A stretch of 64,000 nt of DNA, from contig NIVC01000013.1 in the NCBI GenBank assembly GCA_002269645.1, forward strand, positions 930,001 to 994,000, written 5' to 3'. The stretch is from Macrostomum lignano. Lineage: Eukaryota. The notes under the pieces were generated by a model. The model made no database searches, was not told where the DNA came from, and saw only the letters and a program-made list of their open reading frames with translations. The position numbers and the translations under genes were made by a program. Below are positions 1-20,371 of the stretch, piece after piece; position 1 is the stretch's first letter, and every line of letters begins with the position of its first letter.

Positions 1-16
1 GATTCTGCTGTTCCAG

Positions 17-86
17 ATTTCCCTATCGATGGGATTTGGTTTACGCCAAGGCTCGAACCAAGGACGACGCTGAACCGGACGTTTAG
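17..86 (+). CDS. Possible terminal coding exon of a gene starting left of the window (FPYRWDLVYAKARTKDDAEPDV*)
   Basis: ctgttccag acceptor-like site at 15-16, then an open frame to TAG at 84-86. No family recognised. Confidence 0.25.
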
Positions 87-214
87 CTTTAAAGCAATTA
101 CATGTTCGATTCCCTCTTTTGATCATTTTCCACCGCTTATGCGAATTCGATTTAACCTCATTTGTCTTTTCCTCTTTCATTCGTTATTTCGGAAGTTATA
201 TACGAATATATACA

Positions 215-558
215 AATGGCCACTCAGTCACTGATAAGAATGGCCACCCAGTAACTGATAAGAATGGCCACTCAGTCACTGATAAGAATCGCCACTCAGT
301 AACTGATAAGAATCGCCACTCAGTAACTGATAAGAATGGCCACTCAGTCACTGATAAGAATCGCCACTCAGTCACTGATAAGAATCGCCACTTAGTCACT
401 GATAAGAATGGCCACTCAGTCACTGATAAGAATCGCCACCCAGTCACTGATAAGAATCGCCACTCAGTCACTGATAAGAATCGCCACCCAGTCACTGATA
501 AGAATGGCCACTCAGTCACTGATAAGAATGGCCACTCAGTCACTGATAAGAATCGCCA
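215..558. repeat. 24-bp minisatellite (aatggccactcagtcactgataag), about 14 copies
   Basis: Direct inspection; accounts for the repetitive ORFs 119..592 and 196..567. Confidence 0.95.
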
Positions 559-1148
559 GACGATCACTCAGACCATCCTAATGTCAACATAGATTTAAAT
601 TCTTTCTCAAATACATTTGCACTTCATTGCGCTTGCATGACTCTATTGTGTTGTATCATTCATTCCGTTGTAAAAACATTATCTTTCATTGTTAAATCGG
701 CGGTGACATTTTTCTTTTTAGTTGTTACATTTTTTATTTGAATTGTCTTCCTCTAACCTTGCCCAAGTTGCGATCAAAAATTGTGTTTTTATTAACATTT
801 TACTATATTTTTACGTACTATATAACCTACTATTATTATAACTATTGGTTGTTGGCTGTATTGAATGTATGCGTGTATATTGCATGTATTATTAAATACG
901 AATCGAATTATTGATTAATATGCACCTGTTTAGAATTGATTTTCATAATTTCTGGTCAAATAATTTTCATTTCTAAGACTTGTGATTGAATGTACGCGTT
1001 CTTATAAAATATTAATTTGTAAATAAGCGTGCGCTCGTAATAGTATCCTTTTACCACCTGCTTGTTTACATTGGAAGCAAAATAATTTCACGCAAAACTG
1101 TTTTGATACGGAATTTCCCAATTGTGCTTCTTGCCTTTATACATTATA

Positions 1149-1741
1149 TAAAAATCGCCCCCTCAGTCCCCAATATAAGAATCGCCCTCAGTACCCACTA
1201 TAAAAATCGCTCCTCAGTCCCCAATATAGCAATCACCCCTCAGTCCCCAATTAAAGAATCGCCCCTCAATCCCCAATATAAGAATCGCCCCTCAGTCCCC
1301 AATTTAAGAATCGCCCCTCAGTCCCCAATATAAAAATCGCCCCTCAGTCCCCAATATAAGAATCGCCCCTCAGTACCCACTATAAAAATCGCTCCTCAGT
1401 CCCCAATATAGCAATCACCCCTCAGTCCCCAATTAAAGAATCGCCCCTCAATCCCCAATATAAGAATCACCCCTCAGTCCCCAATATAAGAATCGCCCCT
1501 CAGTCCACAATATAAGAATCACCCCTCAGTCCCCAATATAAAAATCGCCCCTCAGTCCACAATATAAGAATCACCCCTCAGTCCCCAATATAAGAATCGC
1601 CCCTCAGTCCACAATATAGGAATCGCCCCTCATACCCCAATTTAAGAATCGCCCCTCATACCCCAATTTAAGAATCGCCCCTCATACCCCAATTTAAGAA
1701 TCGCCCCTCATACCCCAATTTAAGAATCGCCCCTCAGTCCC
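1149..1741. repeat. 26-bp minisatellite (aagaatcgcccctcagtccccaatat)
   Basis: Direct inspection; same family as 8013-8800. Confidence 0.95.
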
Positions 1742-2221
1742 AGCGCTGAGGCAGTTTTGCCCATTCCGCTAAAGAGATCTGTTTCTCAAAATTGACTGAC
1801 AGTTTGCAGCGAATTTTCAAGTTGTCTGTCAATCTAGAGAAAGTTATCGATGTTTTGTTTCGACACCAGGTGTCAATAACGGATGAATTCTGTATAGACA
1901 AGCCAGCATGACAGGCCTATCTCCCGAATAACTCAACAACATTCTCCCAGCAAATGCTTTTGTGGGAGTATTTTGGAAGCATACAGATGGTTCTTTTCGA
2001 GTGTCAATCCTGCAAGTTAATTTCTTACGACTTGAGCGGCTGTTTCCGATGCACGAGGGATATCCGCGAATGCAGTTTGCTATTGGATCAGGATGTGAAT
2101 CCCACTACATGTATTTATACTTCTAGCAGTGCCTAAGAGGCGGTCACTGTATGCATGTGTTCTCTTTAGATGCATACATAGTCATCTGGTGCCACCTGTT
2201 GGAGGTCCCGACGGTGAGGTA

Positions 2222-2320
2222 GAGTAGTAATAATAGTAGTAGTAGTAGTAGTAGTAGTAGTATTAATGTAGTAGTACTAGTAGTAGTAGTAGTAATAGTA
2301 AGTAGTAGTGTATTAGTAGT
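2222..2320. repeat. (TAG)n microsatellite, target of the adjacent foldback element
   Basis: agtagtagt runs on the left of the element, with degenerate remnants after 2774. Confidence 0.85.
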
Positions 2321-2774
2321 ATTGCTTTTGTCAGCCTAACTGAGAATAAAGCCACCCAAAATGAGAATCCTGCCCACGCTGACTGCGAAGGGCCTAGCTG
2401 CGTGCAGCCTTAGTCTATGGGCCATAGACAATAGGACAAGCAAAGTGATAAAAAGCCATCCAATGTGAGAATCGATTGGTCTATGCGTCGTATTCTTTTA
2501 TTTTTATACCTTCTGAGCTTCTGAGCCATATGACTAGCCAATCCTAGCTTATCCTTTATAGTCTATGGCTCATAGACTAGGTTGGACGCAGCTAGGCCCT
2601 TCGTATTCAGCGTAGGCAGGATTCTCACATTGGATGGCTTTTTATCACTTTGCTTATCCTTTATAGTCTATGGCCCATAGACTAAGGCTGCACGCAGCCA
2701 GGCCCTTCGCAGTCAGCGTAGGCAGGATTCTCACTTTGGATGGCTTTATTCTCAGTTAGGCTGACAAAACCAAT
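2321..2774. mobile_element. MITE/foldback element with about 153-bp terminal inverted repeats
   Basis: 2321-2473 (attgcttttgtcagcctaactgagaataaagcc...caatgtgagaatc) is a near-exact reverse complement of 2620-2774 (gattctcacattg...ggctttattctcagttaggctgacaaaaccaat). No ORF. Confidence 0.85.
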
Positions 2775-3026
2775 AGTAGCAGTGGTAGTAGTAAGCAGTT
2801 CTTTAACCCCCCCCCCCCCAACACTGATGGCACGCCATGAGTCTCATTTAACCATATGCAGAGAATACGTGTCTATGGCCTAGATGGTTTAGCACAGATA
2901 TGACTCTTTGACATCTCTATAAGTTACGGATGGTATGCTGTGCGTACCATGCTATTTTTTCATAATGTAATTTTTCAACTATATTTGACTGCAAGTACAG
3001 GATAGATAACAAAAACTATAAAAACT

Positions 3027-3391
3027 TTAAAAAAGGACAACAGAACAAAAAACAATTAGGTAAACAATATTTAATGCATCAAGGCGATCAACGCCTCCCA
3101 TGTTCTTATTGTACTGCAGCACCGAATTCGGCTTTAAAACTGACTCCTCCGCTCCGCCTCGGATCACTCGCCTCACTACTTCCGTGCTTTCAGCAACACC
3201 GTTCGTGTCCAGCAAGTACACAGTTTTGGCGAACTCGACTCCATGCTCAGCTACTTCCGCATTGCTCTCACCATCTTCCTCGTCCAGCAACTCTCATCGA
3301 CACTCACATATTCGCTGTCGCTGCCATCGCTGGTGAAAACAAGGGAACCTTCCATAATTGCAATTGCGGCCTCGACAATTTTGTTAGCCAT
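3027..3391 (-). mobile_element. Internally deleted, frameshifted piggyBac-type transposase remnant
   Basis: KPNSVLQYNKNMGGVDRLD matches the piggyBac/PGBD KP..V..YN..MGGVD..D motif. Upstream in another frame, ATG 3391 gives an acidic N-terminus (MANKIVEAAIAIMEGSLVFTSDGSDSEYVSVDES). No intact TTAA/TIR pair found. Confidence 0.75.
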
Positions 3392-4285
3392 TTTGAGTCT
3401 CGCATAAGTTGAATTAATTATACAGTAAAGTTCGACAAGTTTGTGGTATCAGGAAGAATTTACTACATGATTCTGGACTGTTTTTACCATAGAAGTTCTA
3501 AAATAAACTGTAGTATCAGTCAAGCGCAAATTTTAGGACAGTTGGAACTCAATAGTTAAGTAAGCCAGTCAGTAGTCTATGGGAATTTCTTGAGCCGTAA
3601 ATTGACACAGTCCTCTGTGGTAGTGGGAAAGAGATTGGCGTGCCATCCGTCAATGTAGTGACTGTGTGCGGAAAAAATCTCAGTGCTATTTTTTAAAGCT
3701 TCGTCGCTGACCAAGCGTACCTCAAGTACTTCTGGCTCTACTGAAAATTCAACTATGACGTACATAATGCAAAATAGGCCATCTACCTGCATGTGAAGCG
3801 GAAGTCATTTACTGTGTGATTTGCCTTCGATCTTGAAGAAACTCATCTAGACGAAACTCTTCGAAAAGCCAAAGCTTCAACCGGCCGCGACTCCGAGATG
3901 ATTCTCCTTTTTGAACAAGCATTCCTCATCGGGAGTCTCAATCATTCCTATTCCCATCCCTTCCCTGTAATTAATTTGTAGATTTCCTGTAGATGCACCG
4001 ACATGCAATTATAAAGTTCCTGGGGAACAAATAATAACTTTAAAAAAACACTCACAGGAAATAGAAAAACTTCCTACTCGGATCGCTAGGAACGATAATT
4101 CAGAAAACTGATGCGCCAATTAAGGTCCCTCAAACCAGCGCGAAAACGAATCTACGGAACTGGAAGGGGATTGGCTGATGGATGCAATATTAGCATATTA
4201 GCAGGACGAGAAAGCAGGCCAAAAATTTTTCTTCATTCCTCCATTCATTAAAAAAGTCAGCAGACAGAACTGTTGCAACAGCAAA

Positions 4286-5100
4286 ATGAGCAGCTTTCCT
4301 CTTCTGCTCATTCTCTTCGTCCTGCCCGCCATCACCCAAGCCGGCAGCGAGCTGCACAGCAACATCTCGCTCGGCGGCTGCGTGGTGCCGCAGACTCCGC
4401 AGCACTCGCTGGCGGCCTCGAGCGCCCTCATTTGCGCCTTCCTGTGCTCTCAGCTTCGTCACTTCGTCAGCTCGGCCTCGTCGCCTTCTGGCCCATGAGC
4501 AACGCCACTCGGACTCGCAATGCGGTCTCGAACAGCGGCCATCTCGACCTGCAGGAGAACATCCCGATGCAGTACACGGACAGCTCCGTCAACTTCACTG
4601 GTCAGTCGGGTGTGTCAGAGTGGTTCAACATTGACCAGCTGACTTCAGTGTGTCTCACCAGCCTCAGCATGTCAGTGTGGGTCAAGGTCACCAGCCTAGC
4701 GAGAGGTTCGATGCCTCTGCTGGAGGGCCTCACCATGCCTTCTTCATGCCACACTCGGTTTTGGCTTTTTCCTACGGCTGCCGACATCATGTTCCATGTT
4801 GCATCGAGGGTCTCAGTGTCCGGACTCACCGACACGGCCAGCGGTTGGACCCACATCGCCGCGGTGTACGACAAGCAGACACCGGAAATCAGGATCCTCG
4901 TCAACGGAACTCGACAGGCCACCAGCGGCTCGGCTACCGCTTTGACCTCGTGCGCGAACTTCGGCAGCAACGTGCAGATCGGAGCCATCACTCGCAGTGC
5001 CGATCACAACCGCGTCTTCGAGGGCTTCATGAGATGCTTCGGAGTGTCAGAGAGAGCTCTGAGCGACGCTGAAGTTGCTCTGCTGAAGGGGCTGTGCTGA
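4286..5100 (+). pseudogene. Secreted LamG3/concanavalin-like (pentraxin-like) domain protein, frameshifted by an 8-bp duplication (268 aa if repaired)
   Basis: Signal peptide MSSFPLLLILFVLPAITQA in one frame. LamG3 motifs LVAFWPM, SMSVWVK, WTHIAAVYD, FEGFMR..RALSDAEV in another frame. Removing one cttcgtca copy (4454-4461/4462-4469) fuses the two. Confidence 0.75.
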
Positions 5101-5392
5101 AATACAGAAGAGCTTGTACTTCGATACGAGGTATCAGTAATGTTCATTTTGCAAAAATATTATTCTGATAATTTTTAGCTTTATTTATACTCGTATTAGG
5201 TCCATGATCATATATTGCGATCTATACCTTGAACTAAATTTTAACGATATTTCCAGCTTTTTTAAAATTGTCAAGTCTATTTAGCTCGTAATTCGGATGA
5301 GTTATAATTGGCTCAAATATAAACGCAAAACTCACCAACGCGAAACTTCACAACCGCTAAAATTTTTGCACTTACTTTTATATACTGCAGTC

Positions 5393-7085
5393 TTGTGAAG
5401 TTTCGCGTTTATGAAAGTAGATGACATTTAGCGGTTGCGAAGTTTCGCGTTTATGAAAGTAGATGACATTTAGCGGTTGTGAAGTTTCGCGTTTGTGAAG
5501 TTTCGCGCTTATGAAAGTATGTGATTTTGCAGTTGTGAAGTTTCGCGGTTGTGAAAGTAGGTGATTTAGCAGTTGTGAAATTCGCGGTTGTGAAAGTAGG
5601 TGATTTAGCAGTTGTGAAATTCGCGGTTGTGAAAGTAGGTGATTTAGCAGTTGTGAAGTTTCGCGGTTGTGAAAGTAGGTGATTTAGCAGTTGTGAAGTT
5701 TCGCGGTTGTGAAAGTAGGTGATTTAGCAGTTGTGATGTTTCGCGGTTGTGAAAGTAGGTGATTTTGCAGTTGTGATGTTTCGCGCTTATGAAAGTAGGT
5801 GATTTTGCAGTTGTGAAGTTTCGCGGTTGTGAAAGTAGGTGATTTAGCAGTTGTGAAGTTTCGCGGTTGTGAAAGTAGGTGATTTAGCAGTTGTGATGTT
5901 TCGCGGTTGTGAAAGTAGGTGATTTTGCAGTTGTGAAGTTTCGCGGTTGTGAAAGTAGGTGATTTTGCAGTTGTGAAGTTTCGCGCTTATGAAAGTAGGT
6001 GATTTTGCAGTTGTGATGTTTCGCGCTTATGAAAGTAGGTGATTTTGCAGTTGTGAAGTTTCGCGCTTATGAAAGTAGGTGATTTTGCAGTTGTGAAGTT
6101 TCGCGGTTGTGAAAGTAGGTGATTTAGCAGTTGTGAAATTCGCGGTTGTGAAAGTAGGTGATTTAGCAGTTGTGAAGTTTCGCGGTTGTGAAAGTAGGTG
6201 ATTTAGCAGTTGTGATGTTTCGCGGTTGTGAAAGTAGGTGATTTAGCAGTTGTGAAGTTTCGCGGTTGTGAAAGTAGGTGATTTAGCAGTTGTGAAATTC
6301 GCGGTTGTGAAAGTAGGTGATTTAGCAGTTGTGATGTTTCGCGGTTGTGAAAGTAGGTGATTTAGCAGTTGTGAAGTTTCGCGGTTGTGAAAGTAGGTGA
6401 TTTAGCAGTTGTGAAATTCGCGGTTGTGAAAGTAGGTGATTTAGCAGTTGTGAAGTTTCGCGCTTATGAAAGTAGGTGATTTAGCAGTTGTGAAGTTTCG
6501 CGCTTATGAAAGTAGGTGATTTAGCGGTTGTGAAATTCGCGGTTGTGAAAGTAGGTGATTTAGCGGTTGTGAAATTCGCGGTTGTGAAAGTAGGTGATTT
6601 AGCGGTTGTGAAATTCGCGGTTGTGAAAGTAGGTGATTTAGCAGTTGTGAAGTTTCGCGGTTGTGAAAGTAGGTGATTTAGCGGTTGTGAAATTCGCGGT
6701 TGTGAAAGTAGGTGATTTAGCAGTTGTGAAGTTTCGCGGTTGTGAAAGTAGGTGATTTAGCAGTTGTGAAGTTTCGCGGTTGTGAAAGTAGGTGATTTAG
6801 CAGTTGTGATGTTTCGCGGTTGTGAAAGTAGGTGATTTAGCAGTTGTGAAATTCGCGGTTGTGAAAGTAGGTGATTTAGCAGTTGTGAAGTTTCGCGGTT
6901 GTGAAAGTAGGTGATTTAGCAGTTGTGAAGTTTCGCGGTTGTGAAAGTAGGTGATTTAGCAGTTGTGATGTTTCGCGGTTGTGAAAGTAGGTGATTTAGC
7001 AGTTGTGAAATTCGCGGTTGTGAAAGTAGGTGATTTAGCAGTTGTGAAGTTTCGCGGTTGTGAAAGTAGGTGATTTAGCAGTTGT
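5393..7085. repeat. 40-bp (variant 39-bp) satellite array (gtgaaagtaggtgatttagcagttgtgaagtttcgcggtt), about 1.7 kb
   Basis: Direct inspection of periodicity. Confidence 0.97.
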
Positions 7086-8012
7086 TAAACTTCAATATTG
7101 TACGCAGGCTGGCACTCATACAGGCGCTCGCACAAATAGTGATTTGGGTTTTGATCCTCATGGGTGTGAATCACACATCCTGAATTCTGAGCGCAGCCTT
7201 TGCTCCGGTCATTCATCGATATACTCGTATTTTAGCTTTCAGCTTCAGGCATAGTTGCTTGTCAATCTAGAGAAAATTTATCGATATTTTTCCCAGACCC
7301 GATGTAGTACTCGTATAAACTCAGTACTTACACGCTAAACATTTGCAGACGGACTAAGCATGACATGCCAATATTTCAACTGACTGAACGTCCGGCAGTC
7401 CAGAATGTCCGGCAGTTGAGGTTTGCCCACTGTCGAGGCTTGATCGGCGAAACTAGAGAAATCCCCATCAGGGTGTCCATAGTCACCTGGTGCCACAGCT
7501 GTTGAGGGTCCAGAAGCTCCACCTGGGTGAAGGCTAGTGACCAACGAAGTCACAGCTGATGCAGACACATGTGGTCGACGTGCTGATGAAATTTGGAGAC
7601 TTGGCAAGGCTGCACTGAGGCGCAGTGCTAATTGGCGCACAGGGATGTACTGAATACACTGGCGCTTATGAAAACAATCCGACCTTCTGGCAGAATCATC
7701 GAATATCTCGACGATCCGGAGGGCTGGCGACTTGATTATTGTTTGAGAAGGTGCGCAACAAAAAGTTAGCCCGTGTTCTTGAATTTCGTGTGCCTGTGTT
7801 GCTCCGTTCCGGCGCAGCAAAAAAAATTGTCAGGGGGAATTTCCCCCCTCTTGGTAGTTCTACTGTTAGACACATTACAGATGGATTTTCGCGTGTCAAT
7901 CCTGCTAAGCATTTTCATGCGACTTAGGCCGGCTGTTTCCGATGCGTGAGAATTAGTAACCGCGAAATCGCATTGCCGTAGCAGGGTTAGAATCTTGCGA
8001 TTCATACTTCTA

Positions 8013-8800
8013 GCAGTCCCCAATAAAAAATCACCCCTCAGTCCCCAATAAAGGAATCGCCCCTCAGTCCCCAATAAAAAATCACCCCTCAGTCCCCAAT
8101 AAAAGAATCGCCCCTCAGTCCCCAATAAAAAATCACCCCTCAGTCCCCAATAAAGGAATCGCCCCTCAGTCCCCAATAAAAGAATCGCCCCTCAGTCCCC
8201 AATACAAGAATCGCCCCTCAGTCCCCAATACAAGAATCGCCCCTCAGTCCCCAATAAAAAATCGCCCCTCAGTCCCCAATACAAGTATCGCCCCTCAATC
8301 CCCAATAAAAAATCACCCCTCAGTCCCCAATACAAGAATCGCCCCTCAGTCCCCAATAAAAAATCGCCCCTCAGTCCCCAATACAAGTATCGCCCCTCAG
8401 TCCCCAATACAGGAATCGCCCCTCAGTCCCCAATATAAGAATCGCCCCTCAGTCCCCAATACAGGAATCGCCCCTCAGTCCCCAATAAAAGAATCGCCCC
8501 TCAGTCCCCAATAAAAAAATCGCCCCTCAGTCCCCAATAAAGGAATCGCCCCTCAGTCCCTAATAAAGGAATCGCCCCTCAGTCCCCAATAAAAGAATCG
8601 CCCCTCAGTCCCCAATACAGGAATCGCCCCTCAGTCCCCAATATAAGAATCGCCCCTCAGTCCCCAATAAAAGAATCGCCTCTCAGTCCCCAATAAAAGA
8701 ATCGCCCCTCAGTCCCCAATAAAAGAATTGCCCCGCAGTCCCCGGTAAAAGAATCGCCCTTCACTCCCTAATAAAAAAATCGCCCCTCAGCCCCCAATAC
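8013..8800. repeat. 26-bp minisatellite (aagaatcgcccctcagtccccaata-), same family as 1149-1741
   Basis: Direct inspection; explains ORFs 7766..8176 and 8192..8407. Confidence 0.95.
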
Positions 8801-9572
8801 AAAACCCCACAAACAACAGAATTTTCAACTCCAGTCAGTAGTTAAACAGGTTTCAGAATTTTTAGCAACTATAATTAACAAAAAGTCAACGGCTACGCTC
8901 GAAGCTCGTATATTTATTTCATTTTACTGACTCATGCTTGACAGAAGCAAAAAGCCTTCAAATTTCAGTGTACTGTACTACTTGTAACAGAAAGGAACAG
9001 TAGATAGAGCAAAGGCAGCAAATTGAAGAGGCGCACCATAACGGGTGCAATTTTGGCATTTGAGAAAAATGGATAGATTTTTATTATTAGGACAGCAGTA
9101 TATTTTAAACGCGAAGAACATTATTTTAATTCAAGTAAATATAGTTATTTCACTGACAACATCGTTGTTCACTGACAACACAAGAGAAAGATTTAACAGA
9201 ATAAGGAAAAATACAAAAATGAGAAAACAAAGCAAATTGATACAAGTAACACAAAAATTCTTCTCAATTTGTTTCTTTCCTACTTTAGGAACCGAAAATG
9301 CTTTTTCCAAAAATTGCTTGTATAGCTAATTAGATGACGAGGCATCAACGGTTTATACCTAACAGAGATAGTTACTCTTGCTGTTTACCCAATCTTCACA
9401 CAAAATTAGAAACTAATTAGATGGCGAGGCAATACCGCTTTATTTGCTAATAGAGGCTGCTCCGGCCGTTTACCTGAAGTTTAGACATAATCAGACACTA
9501 ATTAGATGGCGAGGCATAAAAATTCCTTATTTAAAGTTAGATTACTCCCGCCGTTTACCTAATTATCAGATT

Positions 9573-19077
<9,505 letters not shown>

Positions 19078-20371
19078 GCTGCTAGCGATGCTACAGAGTT
19101 CCTTTTTCTTGATCCTAGAAAATAACCTAGGATTCCTAGGTTGCTAAGAGGACAAAATTCAGTCAGAATTTTCGTACACAAATATTTAGTTAGCATTGAG
19201 CTCGATCAAATTGTTAGCTTTACGTAAAATTATTAAAGTCGAGTTACAAAGCATGAAATAATAAAAAAATTAAAGACTTTGCTTGATATTTTTAAACTAA
19301 CAGTTACTTTAAATTTCCTGTTTAAAATCGAACTTTTTTAACAATTTATACTGCTTTGTTTTATTTTATAACAATCTTTCCGTACGTTATTAGCATTTAT
19401 TCGTCCGCCTATAAGCAAAGCGCCGCGTGTACAACACGAATTACGAGTTTCAAAAGACAATTTGTAAGTTTTCCTCGGACGACGAACGCGAGTCGTACTT
19501 CGAAAAACACAAATTAACCCAGCACAAATGTTTTGGTATAATTTTTTAGCAAAAACTCCAATAGGCGCCAAGACCTGAATGACTTACATGTTATATGTAT
19601 AGATGTACAATAATAATTAAATAATAAGGAGTGAATTAGTACGAGCACGACCCTTTAGAGCCACTATAAAAGACTGAATAAAAAATAGAAATGTTACAAT
19701 GTTAGGTACTTTTTTGATTCCTTTGAATTAACTTTTATCCATAAAGCTAAGCATTTTTACGCTTGAGTCATACACATCCAAATTCGCCTTGATTTGATTC
19801 GTATAGGTTGTGAAATGTGTAGACTACTCAATTTTGCTACCGTTGTGCAATGTGTATAAAACTTGCGCATGTACATACATTTCTAAATAAACATGCGTCA
19901 GACAAAGTTGCTACTATATAATACTGTACTTGCAGGTACATTCAGGTACATGCGTAATAGCTTCTAAATCTTGCGCCTACCTGACTGCAGACTTTGATTA
20001 AAATAGGAATTTCAGAAACAATCAAACGACTTGTGTACAAAAATTTGGCCTGCATGGGGTGCGCGTGCCTGCATACAGTTAATTGGTACGTGGCTTAATG
20101 GCTACAATGAAGCTTTAGCTTACATTGTGCCCTGGAGTCGGTGGAATGGGCCTAATTGTCGCAGCGCGTGGACGATGTCGGCAAATGCTTTTGCATGGTT
20201 TGCTCTGAGGCATGCCGATCAGCGAACCAGCTTAATTAGCACTCCCGAGGGGGCTGCTGGATTTGGGCCTAGTGAGTGCGCGTGTTTGGCGAGAGGGGTT
20301 GTACACTTTGACTTAGCTGCAGGGGGCGTCCGGCGGATGCAGCGAGGAGGCGGAGGAGACCGCCCATTCCG

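Noticed and set aside
119-592. Repeat-protein-like ORFs (NGHSVTDK; also 27691.., 42279.., 43911.., 54580.., 59024..)
   Set aside because: Stop-free frames arising from tandem units; no unique domain or splice support, and several lie in introns of real genes.
2185-2206. CTCF-like motif (ccaacaggtggcac on minus)
   Set aside because: A single short match in repeat-derived DNA; no evidence the factor exists or binds in this organism.
5393-7085. CRISPR-like regular arrays (also 11555-13290 and 9326-9516)
   Set aside because: Units are head-to-tail without unique spacers, there are no cas genes, and the context is eukaryotic and spliced.
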